A stretch of 64,000 nucleotides of DNA from Candidatus Latescibacterota bacterium (GTDB taxonomy: Bacteria > Latescibacterota > UBA2968). Positions 38,311 to 49,430 of this stretch are shown here, in pieces (position 1 is the first letter of the stretch; every line of letters begins with the position of its first letter). The position numbers and the translations under genes were made by a program. A model generated the notes under the pieces. It did no database searches, had not been told where the DNA came from, and was given only the letters and a program-made list of their open reading frames with translations. Location of the stretch: positions 480,001 through 544,000 of the forward strand of contig OZ241986.1 of the NCBI GenBank assembly GCA_965204375.1, written 5' to 3'.

Positions 38311-39507
38311 ATGCGTTTGATGATCATTGTGATTCTGTTGCTATTTGCAAGCGGTTATGTGGAGGCGATAGAGAGAGATGTGTCGGCAATCCGACGGGAA
38401 TACAACGATGTGTCCGCTGTTGTAGATAGTCTCGTGCGAATGATGCAAGTAGCAGATGCCGAGGTGCTGAAAAAACTGCCCGAGGTACGTCCCGAGCGCA
38501 TGCTGCCCGAGGGGATGACGGCTGTGATGATTTTTTGGGCGGATGACGAAGCGCGGGTTTGGCTCAATGATTTTCCCGTGGGGGAGACCCGGTTGACGCC
38601 CGTGGAAGTGATCGTTCCTGATTTGTATTTTCAAGGGCAAAATCGCCTGCGTGTGCGGTGCTGGGATACGGATCGGGTGGAAAGTGGTTTTTTGGGGGGG
38701 TTATACCTGAAAGGTGGCGCTGGAAGGTTGTACCCCATTGTGGTTTCCAATGGGACATGGGAGACCGCAGGAGGACGGGCTACGGAAATTACTTATGCCC
38801 ATCCAATGCCGGATATTCCCGGCGCGCAACCCATTTGGGGTATGCGCATGTTTGGGTTTGTCGATATGGCTATCACATTTGACCGGGGTGCGATTGATCG
38901 CGCGCTTGCAGAAAGCGCGTCCGCAAGACCAATGGCTGCGCGGCAACAGGCGATGGATTATCACACCTTTGCTCAGCAACTCGCTATTTTGCAGGCTCGA
39001 AGAGAAAAGTTAAGAGCAGATTTAGCGCGTGAGGGCGACCTGAGCGTGCCGCTTTACAATCGGGAACGCGCCCGTTCTGCATCGCTGACACTGGGAAAAG
39101 CCGCACCTTTGACCGAAAAGGTGTCGGCACCGGTGGCAGAAAATGTGCGATCCTGGTCGGAGAAGTTACCGGCGGTGCAGCAGCAGTTGATTTATCCAGA
39201 CCGCCGTGCGTTAAAAGGGGAAGGTTCTGTAACTGCGACCACGGGTGATGCGGTTCCCACCGCGAGTGATCGCGGCAGTCGCGAGCAGGCGTATCGCCCT
39301 CCTGACGAACGCGGTGGGATGAAAAGTGAAACGAACGATGAGGGCGTCAATGCGCAGGTGCAGCCGCAGGGGATGAGACGCGGAGGTGGGGGTGGGCAGT
39401 CGAGTCAGGCCACGCGATTGGGATTGTTGTTGCCAACGCTGATCGTGGGAATTTATGTGTTGTATGTGGCCATACGCTGGCAATCGTTAATGGGAGAAAG
39501 CGATTGA
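38311..39507 (+). CDS. Exported protein with galactose-binding-like beta domain and C-terminal TM anchor
   Basis: Signal peptide MRLMIIVILLLFASGYVEA; WADDEARVWLN...NRLRVRCWD...SNGTW; coiled coil; low-complexity linker; C-terminal TM LGLLLPTLIVGIYVLYVAI. Confidence 0.6.
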   Translation: MRLMIIVILLLFASGYVEAIERDVSAIRREYNDVSAVVDSLVRMMQVADAEVLKKLPEVRPERMLPEGMTAVMIFWADDEARVWLNDFPVGETRLTPVEVIVPDLYFQGQNRLRVRCWDTDRVESGFLGGLYLKGGAGRLYPIVVSNGTWETAGGRATEITYAHPMPDIPGAQPIWGMRMFGFVDMAITFDRGAIDRALAESASARPMAARQQAMDYHTFAQQLAILQARREKLRADLAREGDLSVPLYNRERARSASLTLGKAAPLTEKVSAPVAENVRSWSEKLPAVQQQLIYPDRRALKGEGSVTATTGDAVPTASDRGSREQAYRPPDERGGMKSETNDEGVNAQVQPQGMRRGGGGGQSSQATRLGLLLPTLIVGIYVLYVAIRWQSLMGESD

Positions 39508-40265
39508 TGTACGGATTACACTGGTCTGAATCGTTGTCGTTGGGTCTTTTTTGGGTGGTGTGTGCTATAGCAGGCGCATTGATTTTAATGCAACGCTTAA
39601 GTGCTATTTGTCGTTATGAAAAACAATTTGGCCTGTCTGATTCCAATTGGCCTGGTGCGATAATAGGTGGATTGGGCGGTGCTGGCGTGGCGAGTATTGG
39701 TATTTATTTTTATTTTTTTGCACCAGCAGCCGCGGGTTGGGTCGAGTGGACGGGGCGTTCGGCTTATGTGCTCGTTTTGGGCAGTTCGGCAGCGCATCTG
39801 GTCACGTTTATTCATTTTTGGCGGCGATTGGGCGCAGAAGGTGCGGATACAGGTAATTTGACTGTATTGCGCCAGGAGCAGGTGGCTGAATTTCGCCAGA
39901 GCCGCGAAAATTATGCGGACTTAAAAGCGCGCGATGACGAGGCAGTAGATGAGTTACTCGCTGTGTTTGGCGAGCGGTTGTTGTCCGGGCAGCGCGCTTT
40001 GAGTCGCATTCCGTTTTATGGGTATTTGGGGACTGTGTGTGGTATTTTGCTGATGGCCGAAGAACTGACCCGACTGGATGAGGCGACCGAGACGTTTAAG
40101 GTATTGCGCGATATGGCAGGTGGATTGGTGCTGGCATTTCAGACAACACTCGTCGCCTTGCTGGCCTATTTGCCGCTTCGAAAGGGCTATGATATGTTGC
40201 TGAATAGGATGTCTAATCTGGAACGCAAATGGTTGGATATGCGCGAAGAGGAGAAAAGAGGGTGA
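39507..40265 (+). CDS. MotA/TolQ/ExbB proton-channel family protein
   Basis: IPFYGYLGTVCGI and GGLVLAFQTTLVALL helices, three extra N-terminal TMs, TGATG coupling to the upstream gene. Confidence 0.75.
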   Translation: MYGLHWSESLSLGLFWVVCAIAGALILMQRLSAICRYEKQFGLSDSNWPGAIIGGLGGAGVASIGIYFYFFAPAAAGWVEWTGRSAYVLVLGSSAAHLVTFIHFWRRLGAEGADTGNLTVLRQEQVAEFRQSRENYADLKARDDEAVDELLAVFGERLLSGQRALSRIPFYGYLGTVCGILLMAEELTRLDEATETFKVLRDMAGGLVLAFQTTLVALLAYLPLRKGYDMLLNRMSNLERKWLDMREEEKRG

Positions 40266-40684
40266 GGCGACGTTTTTTACAGCGTGCGGTGGCCGAAGCC
40301 GAAGCGCACGATGTGAGCAAAGAGTTGTTCCTGGGCATTATGATGTTGATGCTGTGCCTGGGGATTATGATTTTGAATGTGTCACAGCCCGTGTGGCGCG
40401 TCTATCACCACAATCCCGAGCCAGGAGATGTGGTGATTTTATATACTTCCAGAGGTCTGGCGTTTTCAGAAGATGGGCGATCTGCAACACGCAGTTTGGT
40501 GCCGGGCGAGTTTCGGAAAACAGTGAATGATCTGGTTGCGGAACCCGATCGTAATTTGCATCTGTTTCTGAAGGGGGGCAGCCGAGAGCGTATGGTCAAT
40601 GACGCGGCTTATGCGGATTCTCTTTTGTCTGCTGGCACAGCGGGCCAAAAGGTGCGCCCCGCCGTATATGTACATTTGTGGTAA
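40262..40684 (+). CDS. ExbD/TolR-like single-TM partner (atypical)
   Basis: Basic N-terminus RRR, one TM (KELFLGIMMLMLCLGIMIL), about 100-aa C-terminal domain, GTGA coupling. Confidence 0.5.
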   Translation: MRRRFLQRAVAEAEAHDVSKELFLGIMMLMLCLGIMILNVSQPVWRVYHHNPEPGDVVILYTSRGLAFSEDGRSATRSLVPGEFRKTVNDLVAEPDRNLHLFLKGGSRERMVNDAAYADSLLSAGTAGQKVRPAVYVHLW

Positions 40685-40703
40685 ATCGCAATAGTTCTGA
40701 ATC

Positions 40704-40729
40704 AAAACCCGGTGAGATCACCGGGTTTT
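40704..40729. terminator. Bidirectional intrinsic terminator
   Basis: AAAACCCGGTG-agat-CACCGGGTTTT between convergent genes. Confidence 0.8.
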
Positions 40730-41497
40730 TTATTTTTTACTTTTGAGGGTGCGGGCGAATAAGTCGAGAACCGCATCCCAGGATTTTTCAGCGGCTTTCT
40801 CGTGGTAGTGCGTTAAACGCTGGGGGAAGAAATAGCCGTGTAGCGCGCCGGGCATAAAGTCAATGCGGTGTGGGACGTTACAGCGGGTGAGTTCGGTTTT
40901 GTAGAGTTGTAAGTGTTCTTCGGTTGCGCCAGCATCCTGGTCTGCCCAGCCAAAGTAGCCTTCGGCTCTGAGTTTGGGAATGGCGAGATGGGGCGAGTCT
41001 GAGGCATCGGTGACGAGTTTGCCGCCGTGAATGGAGGCAAAGGCCAAAACGTGATCGGGATAGGTTGCCGCTGCAAAGAGGGCGTGGCGGCCGCCCATAC
41101 AGGTGCCGATAGTGCCGACCCGTTGGGCATTGGCTTGAGGTTCTTCGTTGTCGAGGTGGCGAAGCAGTGCGCCCGTGTCGTCGATGACCATGGCATTGGT
41201 GGTGCTGGTGTTGAGGTTCATCGGGTGCAGGGGATCCGTTTTTTCGAGATTGAGATTGCCGCTCATGAATTTTTCGGGATTGTAAGATGGATTGCCCATG
41301 CGATAAAATAGGGAGGGTAGGACGGTGTAATAACCCGCGCGAGCAAAACGACGGCACATGTTTTTTATTTCGTCGCGAATGCCAAATATGTCAAAGTAGA
41401 AGATGACAGCGGGATGTGGTCCTTCGCCTTCTGGTTGAAAGACATAGGTGGGCATTATGCCGTCTGAAGTTGCAACTTCAATGGTTTTTTCAATCAT
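40730..41497 (-). CDS. Dienelactone hydrolase family protein
   Basis: DIFGIR, GTCMGG nucleophile, HGG, HGY motifs. Confidence 0.88.
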   Translation of the reverse strand: MIEKTIEVATSDGIMPTYVFQPEGEGPHPAVIFYFDIFGIRDEIKNMCRRFARAGYYTVLPSLFYRMGNPSYNPEKFMSGNLNLEKTDPLHPMNLNTSTTNAMVIDDTGALLRHLDNEEPQANAQRVGTIGTCMGGRHALFAAATYPDHVLAFASIHGGKLVTDASDSPHLAIPKLRAEGYFGWADQDAGATEEHLQLYKTELTRCNVPHRIDFMPGALHGYFFPQRLTHYHEKAAEKSWDAVLDLFARTLKSKK

Positions 41498-41520
41498 CGC
41501 GTTTATCCTTTGTTACAAAG

Positions 41521-41940
41521 CTATGTCCCCCCGATTTTGCGTTCATACTCCCTGATCCCATTGGCGACAGCCGATCCATGACAGTGTTGATCCAGCAAGT
41601 CAACAATGTTGCGCGTCCTGCGTATCCAAAGCGCCACAATATTTTTGTTTTCGGGCTTTGGATCGCGCATTCGATAATCCGCTGTGATTCTTAGACTGTG
41701 AAGGCGTCCCAGCAGGTTTCCCGCTCTCTCAATATAGACATTACCACTGTTGCTTAGATATCGGACCACTTCGCCATGATTTAGACGTTCCCAGGCCTGG
41801 TTCAGCTTTACCAAATGCTCAAGTGCTGCATTAAATGCCGCATAATAGGTACGACTGATAGCAGTTCTCAGGTCTGCTGCCGTTGCCGAAGTCTTATTCG
41901 CCAATTCACTGGCTGTAGTGAGAAAGTCCCTCGGGTCCAT
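41521..41940 (-). CDS. HEPN-domain protein (UPF0332/COG1895 type)
   Basis: AISRTYYAAF, H, LRITADY motifs. Confidence 0.75.
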   Translation of the reverse strand: MDPRDFLTTASELANKTSATAADLRTAISRTYYAAFNAALEHLVKLNQAWERLNHGEVVRYLSNSGNVYIERAGNLLGRLHSLRITADYRMRDPKPENKNIVALWIRRTRNIVDLLDQHCHGSAVANGIREYERKIGGT

Positions 41941-41946
41941 AAGCAG

Positions 41947-42387
41947 TTATGACAAAATGTCGAACCCAATTCTGACGAGGTCATGAACGAGGCCATCTTT
42001 GTCTCGGGGCATAGTTACGACCCATTTTCGGGTGAATACTTCGTCTTCTTCCTCTATCTGATCGAGATCACCTTGTACACAAAAGTCGATGACGAGCCAG
42101 GATTCTCCAATATCTGGATCTGTTTCCTTATACAGCTTGAGATCGCTTGCGCTTCGGTATGAAGCTGTGATCAGATCAACCGCTTGATGAATTGTATCTT
42201 CGAGGTCATGGTGCTCGCAAAACTGTTGTGCATCCTGATCAGTTGGCAGGCCACATACGTGTGGTAATTCGCTCGAGGTTGCTGTATCTGGCGATCCATT
42301 TTCTATAACCCAGGATAGGGATCTGCTGGAATTTTCCTCAGTCTTGGACCTTGCTGGTATAGCTGCTAAATTTTTTGCTTGTGCCAT
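41947..42387 (-). CDS. Acidic hypothetical protein, probable HEPN partner
   Basis: 6 nt upstream of the HEPN gene, DPDIGESWLVIDF motif, GAGG RBS. Confidence 0.6.
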   Translation of the reverse strand: MAQAKNLAAIPARSKTEENSSRSLSWVIENGSPDTATSSELPHVCGLPTDQDAQQFCEHHDLEDTIHQAVDLITASYRSASDLKLYKETDPDIGESWLVIDFCVQGDLDQIEEEDEVFTRKWVVTMPRDKDGLVHDLVRIGFDILS

Positions 42388-42420
42388 TTGTACCTCTTAA
42401 TACCGAAGTAAAACGGTAGA

Positions 42421-42837
42421 TCAACTCGAGATGATGCCGCCGCTTGGTGAACCGCCCGCTCCTGGAATGCCTCCCTGTCCGGGCGCACCGCCAGGCATTG
42501 TGCCGGGAACGACGATGCGAGAAGATTCCTGGCGGCGGTATTCTTTGGCTTCTTCAACCATTTGATCAACGGCATCTTTGATGGCCTGGGGAAATTTTTC
42601 TATTGCTTCTTGAAGCGAAGCGGCTTCAATGGGGGCAGAGATTGGCAGAGGTCCCATTTGAGATATGATCTGTGTAGAGCCGATGTATTGGACGGGACGG
42701 CTGATGTCGTCTGTGCCATCGGCGTTGATGGGGATCAGGCGTCGAATTGTGGCGACGCGCAAATCAGTGATGGATTCTTCTCGATAGAGGTTTTGTTGAT
42801 CAACCTGGATCTGATCGAGTGGCAACTGGTCGGCCAT
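42421..42837 (-). CDS. Conserved cytoplasmic hypothetical protein
   Basis: NLYREESITDLRVATIRRLIP...GPLP...SSRIVVPG with Gly/Pro tail; GGAG RBS. Confidence 0.7.
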   Translation of the reverse strand: MADQLPLDQIQVDQQNLYREESITDLRVATIRRLIPINADGTDDISRPVQYIGSTQIISQMGPLPISAPIEAASLQEAIEKFPQAIKDAVDQMVEEAKEYRRQESSRIVVPGTMPGGAPGQGGIPGAGGSPSGGIISS

Positions 42838-42940
42838 GAGATTCTCCAAATAATAAGGTTACGGGTGCGCCCCACGAGGGACAAAATGAATGTGAACAAT
42901 CACAATATAGAGTAAGTAGAGAAATTGTGCAAATACGAGA

Positions 42941-42967
42941 AGGGGCGGGTTTGAAACCCGCCCGTAC
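42941..42967. repeat. REP-like palindrome
   Basis: GGGCGGGTTT-G-AAACCCGCCC perfect palindrome flanked by GTAC. Confidence 0.65.
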
Positions 42968-42991
42968 GAAGTGGTCAGCGTTCAACTCGCA

Positions 42992-43019
42992 CAGCCCCCA
43001 GTCCCCAGCCCCCAGTCCC
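42992..43019. repeat. Heptamer tandem repeat (CAGYCCC)x4, STRR-like
   Basis: cagcccc cagtccc cagcccc cagtccc directly after the sthA stop. Confidence 0.75.
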
Positions 43020-44390
43020 TCACCTTACTCTGTTAAGCCCATTGAGCGCGGCAACGCGATAGGCTTCGGCCATTGTGGGATAGTTGAAGGTGGTGTTGAT
43101 GAAGTACATGAGCGTATTAGCTTCGCCTTCTTGTGCCATAATGGCTTGCCCGATGTGGATGATTTCAGATGCCTGAGAGCCAAAACAGTGGATGCCCAAA
43201 ATTTCAAGGGTTTCGCGATGAAAGATAATTTTGAGCATGCCGGTGAGCCTTCCCGTTAGCTGTGCCCGCGCGATATGGCGGAAGTAGGCGTGCCCCACTT
43301 CGTAGGGGATTTTTTGGGCTGTCAGTTCTTTTTCGGTAAATCCGATAGAACTGATTTCGGGAATGGTGTAAATCCCCGTGGGGATGTCTTCCACGAGGTG
43401 TTGTTCGCATTCGCCAAAGATGAGATGGGTGGCGGCAAACCGGCCCTGATCGTAAGCCGCACTCGCCAGACTGGGAAAACCGACGACATCGCCAACGGCA
43501 TAAATGTGAGGTTGGGCGAGTGTTTGGTACGCGTCGTTGATGAGGATGGAGCCGCGTTCATCTGTTTCGATTCCGATATTTTCCAATCCCATGTTGTCCG
43601 AGTTTCCCGTGCGGCCTTGCGCCCAGAGGAGAATATCGCTGACAATTTGTTTATTGGATTTCAGGAATACGCGCACTTCTCTGTCATTGGCTTCAACGCG
43701 GTCGTATTCTTCGTTGTGGCGAATGCGTACCCCGTTTTGGCTGAGATGATAACTGAGGGCGTCGATGATTTCGTCGTCGAGATAGGAGAGCAATTGGCTG
43801 CGGCTGTTGATGAGATTGACTTTTATACGCAGGCCGCGGAATATGGATGCGTATTCGCAGCCGATTACCCCCGCACCATAAATGGTGATAATGCGCGGTG
43901 TTTCTTCGAGGCCCAGGATGGAGTCGCTATCGCGAATCCGCGGATGGGAAGAGTCGATGTCGGGTGGGTAATAGGGACGAGACCCGGTGGCGATAATAAA
44001 TCCCCGAGCGGTATAGCATTCAGTTCCACCGTTGAGCAATGCGACTTCGACGGTGTGTTCACCGACAAAAGATGCGTGCCCCAGGATAATATCCACATCA
44101 TTGCGTTCGTAATAGCCCGTGCGAAGGTCAACTTGCTGCCGGATGAGAGCAGCGGTTTGGTCGAGCAAGTCGGGAAAACTCGTTGTTCGGTGTGCATTAA
44201 TGTCGATGATTTGCTGCACATACTGGCGCAATGCTTTGCTCGGAATCGTGGCTCTGTGCGTGCTGTTGCCGCCCACATTTTTGAAATTGTCGATGACGGC
44301 AACGCGCTTGCCCTCCTTGGCGGATTTCATCGCCGCGCCTTCTCCGCCGGGGCCAGTGCCTATTACGATGATGTCATAGTCACAGGTCAT
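43020..44390 (-). CDS. sthA: Soluble (Si-specific) NAD(P)+ transhydrogenase
   Basis: [54 protein letters not shown]. Confidence 0.92.
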   Translation of the reverse strand: MTCDYDIIVIGTGPGGEGAAMKSAKEGKRVAVIDNFKNVGGNSTHRATIPSKALRQYVQQIIDINAHRTTSFPDLLDQTAALIRQQVDLRTGYYERNDVDIILGHASFVGEHTVEVALLNGGTECYTARGFIIATGSRPYYPPDIDSSHPRIRDSDSILGLEETPRIITIYGAGVIGCEYASIFRGLRIKVNLINSRSQLLSYLDDEIIDALSYHLSQNGVRIRHNEEYDRVEANDREVRVFLKSNKQIVSDILLWAQGRTGNSDNMGLENIGIETDERGSILINDAYQTLAQPHIYAVGDVVGFPSLASAAYDQGRFAATHLIFGECEQHLVEDIPTGIYTIPEISSIGFTEKELTAQKIPYEVGHAYFRHIARAQLTGRLTGMLKIIFHRETLEILGIHCFGSQASEIIHIGQAIMAQEGEANTLMYFINTTFNYPTMAEAYRVAALNGLNRVR

Positions 44391-45142
44391 TTTGGATTCA
44401 GATATCCCAATTGCACGAGAAAGTCGTCCATTTGCGCGACGGTTTGTTCGTAGGCTGAGTTATCGTCGCGACCGTGGTTGAAAAAGCCGTGTCCTTTGCC
44501 TTCGTACGCGCAGAGTTCACAGGTATTGCCCGCTTCGCGCATGGCTTTTGTGAAGCGTTGGGCCTGTTCATAAGGGACGGTTGTGTCATCTATTCCGTGA
44601 AAAATTATAGTGGGCGGCTGGTTGGAACAGACGTGTTGAAAAGGCGAGATTGCCCGTGGATCTCTGGGAAAGCGTTCGGCGAGGCGTTTTAGTCCAGCTA
44701 CATCGACGACGGGGTTAAAGAGTACCATTGCATTGGGTTGGGAAGATACCGCCATATCCTCATCGGACGCATCCTGTCCGGGAACAGTGCCGGTACACGC
44801 ACCGACATGACCGCCGGCCGACCCACCGCCCGAAGCGATGCGGTTGGGGTCGATGTTGAGTTCATCGGCATGTGCCCTTAGCCAGCGGACTGCTGATTTG
44901 CCGTCTTCTACACATTCATAAGGCGAGGTGTTGTGTTTGCTTTTGATGCGGTATTCAGCCGATGCCGCGAGCATTCCGCGTTTTGCGAGATACTGGCAAT
45001 GCGGAAAAAACTGTTGCGGATTACCACCCGTCCAGCCACCGCCAAAGAAGAAGACAATGGCGGCTGTCTGTTCGTCGGTGTCGGGTTCAAAGATGTGAAT
45101 GGCGAGTTCGCCCTGGGGCGTGGTTTTGTATATGCGTTGCAT
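44387..45142 (-). CDS. Alpha/beta hydrolase (BD-FAE/lipase-esterase type)
   Basis: FGGGW, GGSAGG, D-TTVP, HGFFN motifs. Confidence 0.85.
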   Translation of the reverse strand: MQRIYKTTPQGELAIHIFEPDTDEQTAAIVFFFGGGWTGGNPQQFFPHCQYLAKRGMLAASAEYRIKSKHNTSPYECVEDGKSAVRWLRAHADELNIDPNRIASGGGSAGGHVGACTGTVPGQDASDEDMAVSSQPNAMVLFNPVVDVAGLKRLAERFPRDPRAISPFQHVCSNQPPTIIFHGIDDTTVPYEQAQRFTKAMREAGNTCELCAYEGKGHGFFNHGRDDNSAYEQTVAQMDDFLVQLGYLNPK

Positions 45143-45156
45143 GGCTGGTGTCCCTT

Positions 45157-46836
<1,680 letters not shown>

Positions 46837-46837
46837 G

Positions 46838-47545
46838 CTATTTCCCCGGATTGTCTGATTCCCGACAGCCGAGTAATTTTTCGGCTTCCTCGAGTTGTTG
46901 CTTATCGTTAATTGGCAGCCAAAAATCAGCTCCGATCACTTTGATTTTTCGACCTGCTGCAATCAGTTTCATCCATACATCGGGTGTTTCGTATTCGCCG
47001 CGTGCGGATGGCGCGATTCCCGCTTCAAAGAAATCTCTGTCCATGACCATCGCGCCGTTCCAAACCAAATTTGAAATAAATGTTTTTGGCTTTTCGACCG
47101 ACCGAATGAGGTGGCCGTCTTCATCTGTCACCAGAACTCCAAAATTTTGAGGATGCGCCACACGCGAGCCAATGAGAGCCAGGTCCCGTTGTTGGACGAG
47201 TTTCTGAAGGCTGCGCGGTCCAAAAATATCATCGCCAACCATTCCGAGCCACTGCCCGGTGATTACGGGGGCAGCGACTCGAAATGCATGAGCAATACCC
47301 AATGGCTCTTTCTGAACGAGAAAGACAATGCGTCGCCCTCCATACGCACCATCTGAAAAGTGCTGGCGGATTGCCTCCTCGTGCGGTCCTCCTACAATGA
47401 ATACGAGTTCGCTTATCTCGCAGGGTAACCGATCCAGTGCGTGCTCCACGACGGGCTTTCCCGCTACCGGCAATAAGTGCTTCGGTCCCTCATAATCCAT
47501 CGCCATCCGCGTTCCCTTGCCGGCTAACAGCACAACTGCTTGCAT
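46838..47545 (-). CDS. Sugar-phosphate nucleotidyltransferase (NTP_transferase family)
   Basis: LAGKGTRM...PKHLLPVAGKP, QKEPLG, VEKP, SARGEYE motifs. Confidence 0.85.
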   Translation of the reverse strand: MQAVVLLAGKGTRMAMDYEGPKHLLPVAGKPVVEHALDRLPCEISELVFIVGGPHEEAIRQHFSDGAYGGRRIVFLVQKEPLGIAHAFRVAAPVITGQWLGMVGDDIFGPRSLQKLVQQRDLALIGSRVAHPQNFGVLVTDEDGHLIRSVEKPKTFISNLVWNGAMVMDRDFFEAGIAPSARGEYETPDVWMKLIAAGRKIKVIGADFWLPINDKQQLEEAEKLLGCRESDNPGK

Positions 47546-47570
47546 AAAGTTCTCCTGACTACTGGTTCTC

Positions 47571-48551
47571 TCAATGACTGTCCCGATAGTGTTGCTTGAG
47601 AATATCGCTGCCAAAGTCATTGGTCAGGTCGCGCCAGACAGCGTGGATGTGATTGGCCTCGTCCTGGGTGCAGTCGTATTCGGCGAGGAAGGTGGAGCCG
47701 AGTACGCGATAGTAATGGCCTTCGCCGCGATTCACGCCGCCAGCCCAGGCGAATGCAGCCGTGTCGAGCGAGGTGAGGTTTGCGCGCTGATCCGCTGCAA
47801 TATTTTCGGGCAAGCGGGTGATATATACATTGATGAGTGCAGTGACAACCTCGCGTTGTGATGCGGTCATGTCCTTGAGTTGCAGGCCCTCAATTTGGAC
47901 TTCATCATTTACCTGGGGGACATTGCGGGTGAGGATGTCTGCGGGGGCTTCGGCGCTGATGATGGCCACTCTTTTTTGGTCGCCGTCCAGAGAGGCAAGT
48001 AAGTCGCGGGCAAGGTCTTCTTCTTCTTTGAGGGCGCGCAATCCTTCGTGTTCGCCGTGCCGAACCTGTGCGGGATTGGAGCCGAAGAAGACGGGCGTAG
48101 GCGCGACGAGTGTGCCGTTGACAATGGTGTAATTAACCGAGACGTGGTGACCTTCAAAACGCCAGCTCCATGTGGTGTCACTGCCGGGCGTGCCAAAGAC
48201 GACGAGGTTGTAGAGGTCCGGATCGCGAGGAAACCGCCGTCTGGGACCTTCTACTTCGGCGAGGATGGGTTCCAGATTGATGATTGTTCTGGCTTTGGTG
48301 CGCGCCTGTTCGCTCAGTCCGGTATCGAGCAGGGCAAATGCTTTGTCGCGCTGGTGCGCTTCCATGTCTTTGAGCGCGAGGCCCAATCGGTCGCGCGGGA
48401 TGTAGTGCCAGTCCTGTCTTGCATTTTCATCGCCGAAGCCCAGTTGCGCGGTCGCCGCCTGATCGGGACGCAGTGATGCCAAAAATGCCGTGGCAGCATC
48501 GGCCATGCGATTGGCCGTGTCAATCTGAGTATAAAGTTCTTCGAGGTTCAT
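47571..48551 (-). CDS. DUF3500 family protein
   Basis: WHYIP, WRFEGHHVS, YYRV, NHIHAVWRD-NDFG motifs. Confidence 0.85.
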   Translation of the reverse strand: MNLEELYTQIDTANRMADAATAFLASLRPDQAATAQLGFGDENARQDWHYIPRDRLGLALKDMEAHQRDKAFALLDTGLSEQARTKARTIINLEPILAEVEGPRRRFPRDPDLYNLVVFGTPGSDTTWSWRFEGHHVSVNYTIVNGTLVAPTPVFFGSNPAQVRHGEHEGLRALKEEEDLARDLLASLDGDQKRVAIISAEAPADILTRNVPQVNDEVQIEGLQLKDMTASQREVVTALINVYITRLPENIAADQRANLTSLDTAAFAWAGGVNRGEGHYYRVLGSTFLAEYDCTQDEANHIHAVWRDLTNDFGSDILKQHYRDSH

Positions 48552-48584
48552 GTTCTCAACTCCTTGTGAATGTGTAGGTGCGTT

Positions 48585-49430
48585 CTACTGACCGTTATCT
48601 GCTGATTTTACTCTTCGTCCTCCCAATGTAGCACCGCCGTCGATGGTGAGTGCTTGTCCAGTGATATTTTTTCCTTTGTCGCTCGCCAAAAAGACGACCA
48701 TGTGGCCCACATCCTCGGGGGTTTGTTCGGTTCCCAGGGGTACGCTGTTGCGGATTACATCTTCAAAAATTTCTCTTGCGGTATATTCCTTGTATGCCGG
48801 GTTGTTGTTTTTGATTTGAGATGCGATCATTTCCCATGCGCGCGTCCAGAGATAGCCGGGACATATTGCGTTGACTCTGATTCCGCGTCCCGCGAGTTGG
48901 CTGGCTAAAGTTCTGGTCAAATGAATGACTCCGGCTTTGGCCGCGCCATAAGCTGGCATGGAAACGCTGGGCATTAATGCGGCGATAGATGCGATGTTGA
49001 TGATGCTGGATCCACGGCTGAGATGTGGAATGGCTGCTCTGGATGAGACAAAGGCGGTTCGTAGATTGGTGTGTAGATGCGCGTCCCAGTCGTCAACGGA
49101 TAATTCCGTCAGTGGGATTTCCAGCGATGCTCTGGCTGCGTTTGTATCCGGTCCTCCAATGCCCGCGTTGTTGACAAGGATATCGAGTGAGCCGAGTTCT
49201 GTAACAACCCGGTCCATTGCCGCGTGCATGGCGGTTTCATCAGATGCATCGGCTGATAGACCTATCGCGGGTGTTTTGAGCGTTTTTGCGGTTTCCTTTG
49301 CACCGTCGCCATCCAGGTCGGAAATGGCGATTTTTGCGCCTGCATCCGACAGGTGCTGTGCAATGGCCGCTCCAATGCCCCGCGCAGCACCGGTTATGAG
49401 TGCAACCCGATTTTGTAATTCCGTGCTCAC
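48585..49430 (-). CDS. SDR family oxidoreductase
   Basis: TGAARGIG, NNAG, YGAAK motifs; GTG start coupled to the peptidase stop. Confidence 0.88.
   Translation of the reverse strand: MSTELQNRVALITGAARGIGAAIAQHLSDAGAKIAISDLDGDGAKETAKTLKTPAIGLSADASDETAMHAAMDRVVTELGSLDILVNNAGIGGPDTNAARASLEIPLTELSVDDWDAHLHTNLRTAFVSSRAAIPHLSRGSSIINIASIAALMPSVSMPAYGAAKAGVIHLTRTLASQLAGRGIRVNAICPGYLWTRAWEMIASQIKNNNPAYKEYTAREIFEDVIRNSVPLGTEQTPEDVGHMVVFLASDKGKNITGQALTIDGGATLGGRRVKSADNGQ

Noticed and set aside
39507-40684. Zorya ZorAB or flagellar MotAB assignment
   Set aside because: No long ZorA cytoplasmic tail, no recognisable OmpA-like peptidoglycan-binding domain in the partner, and no zorC/D/E or flagellar genes in the window.
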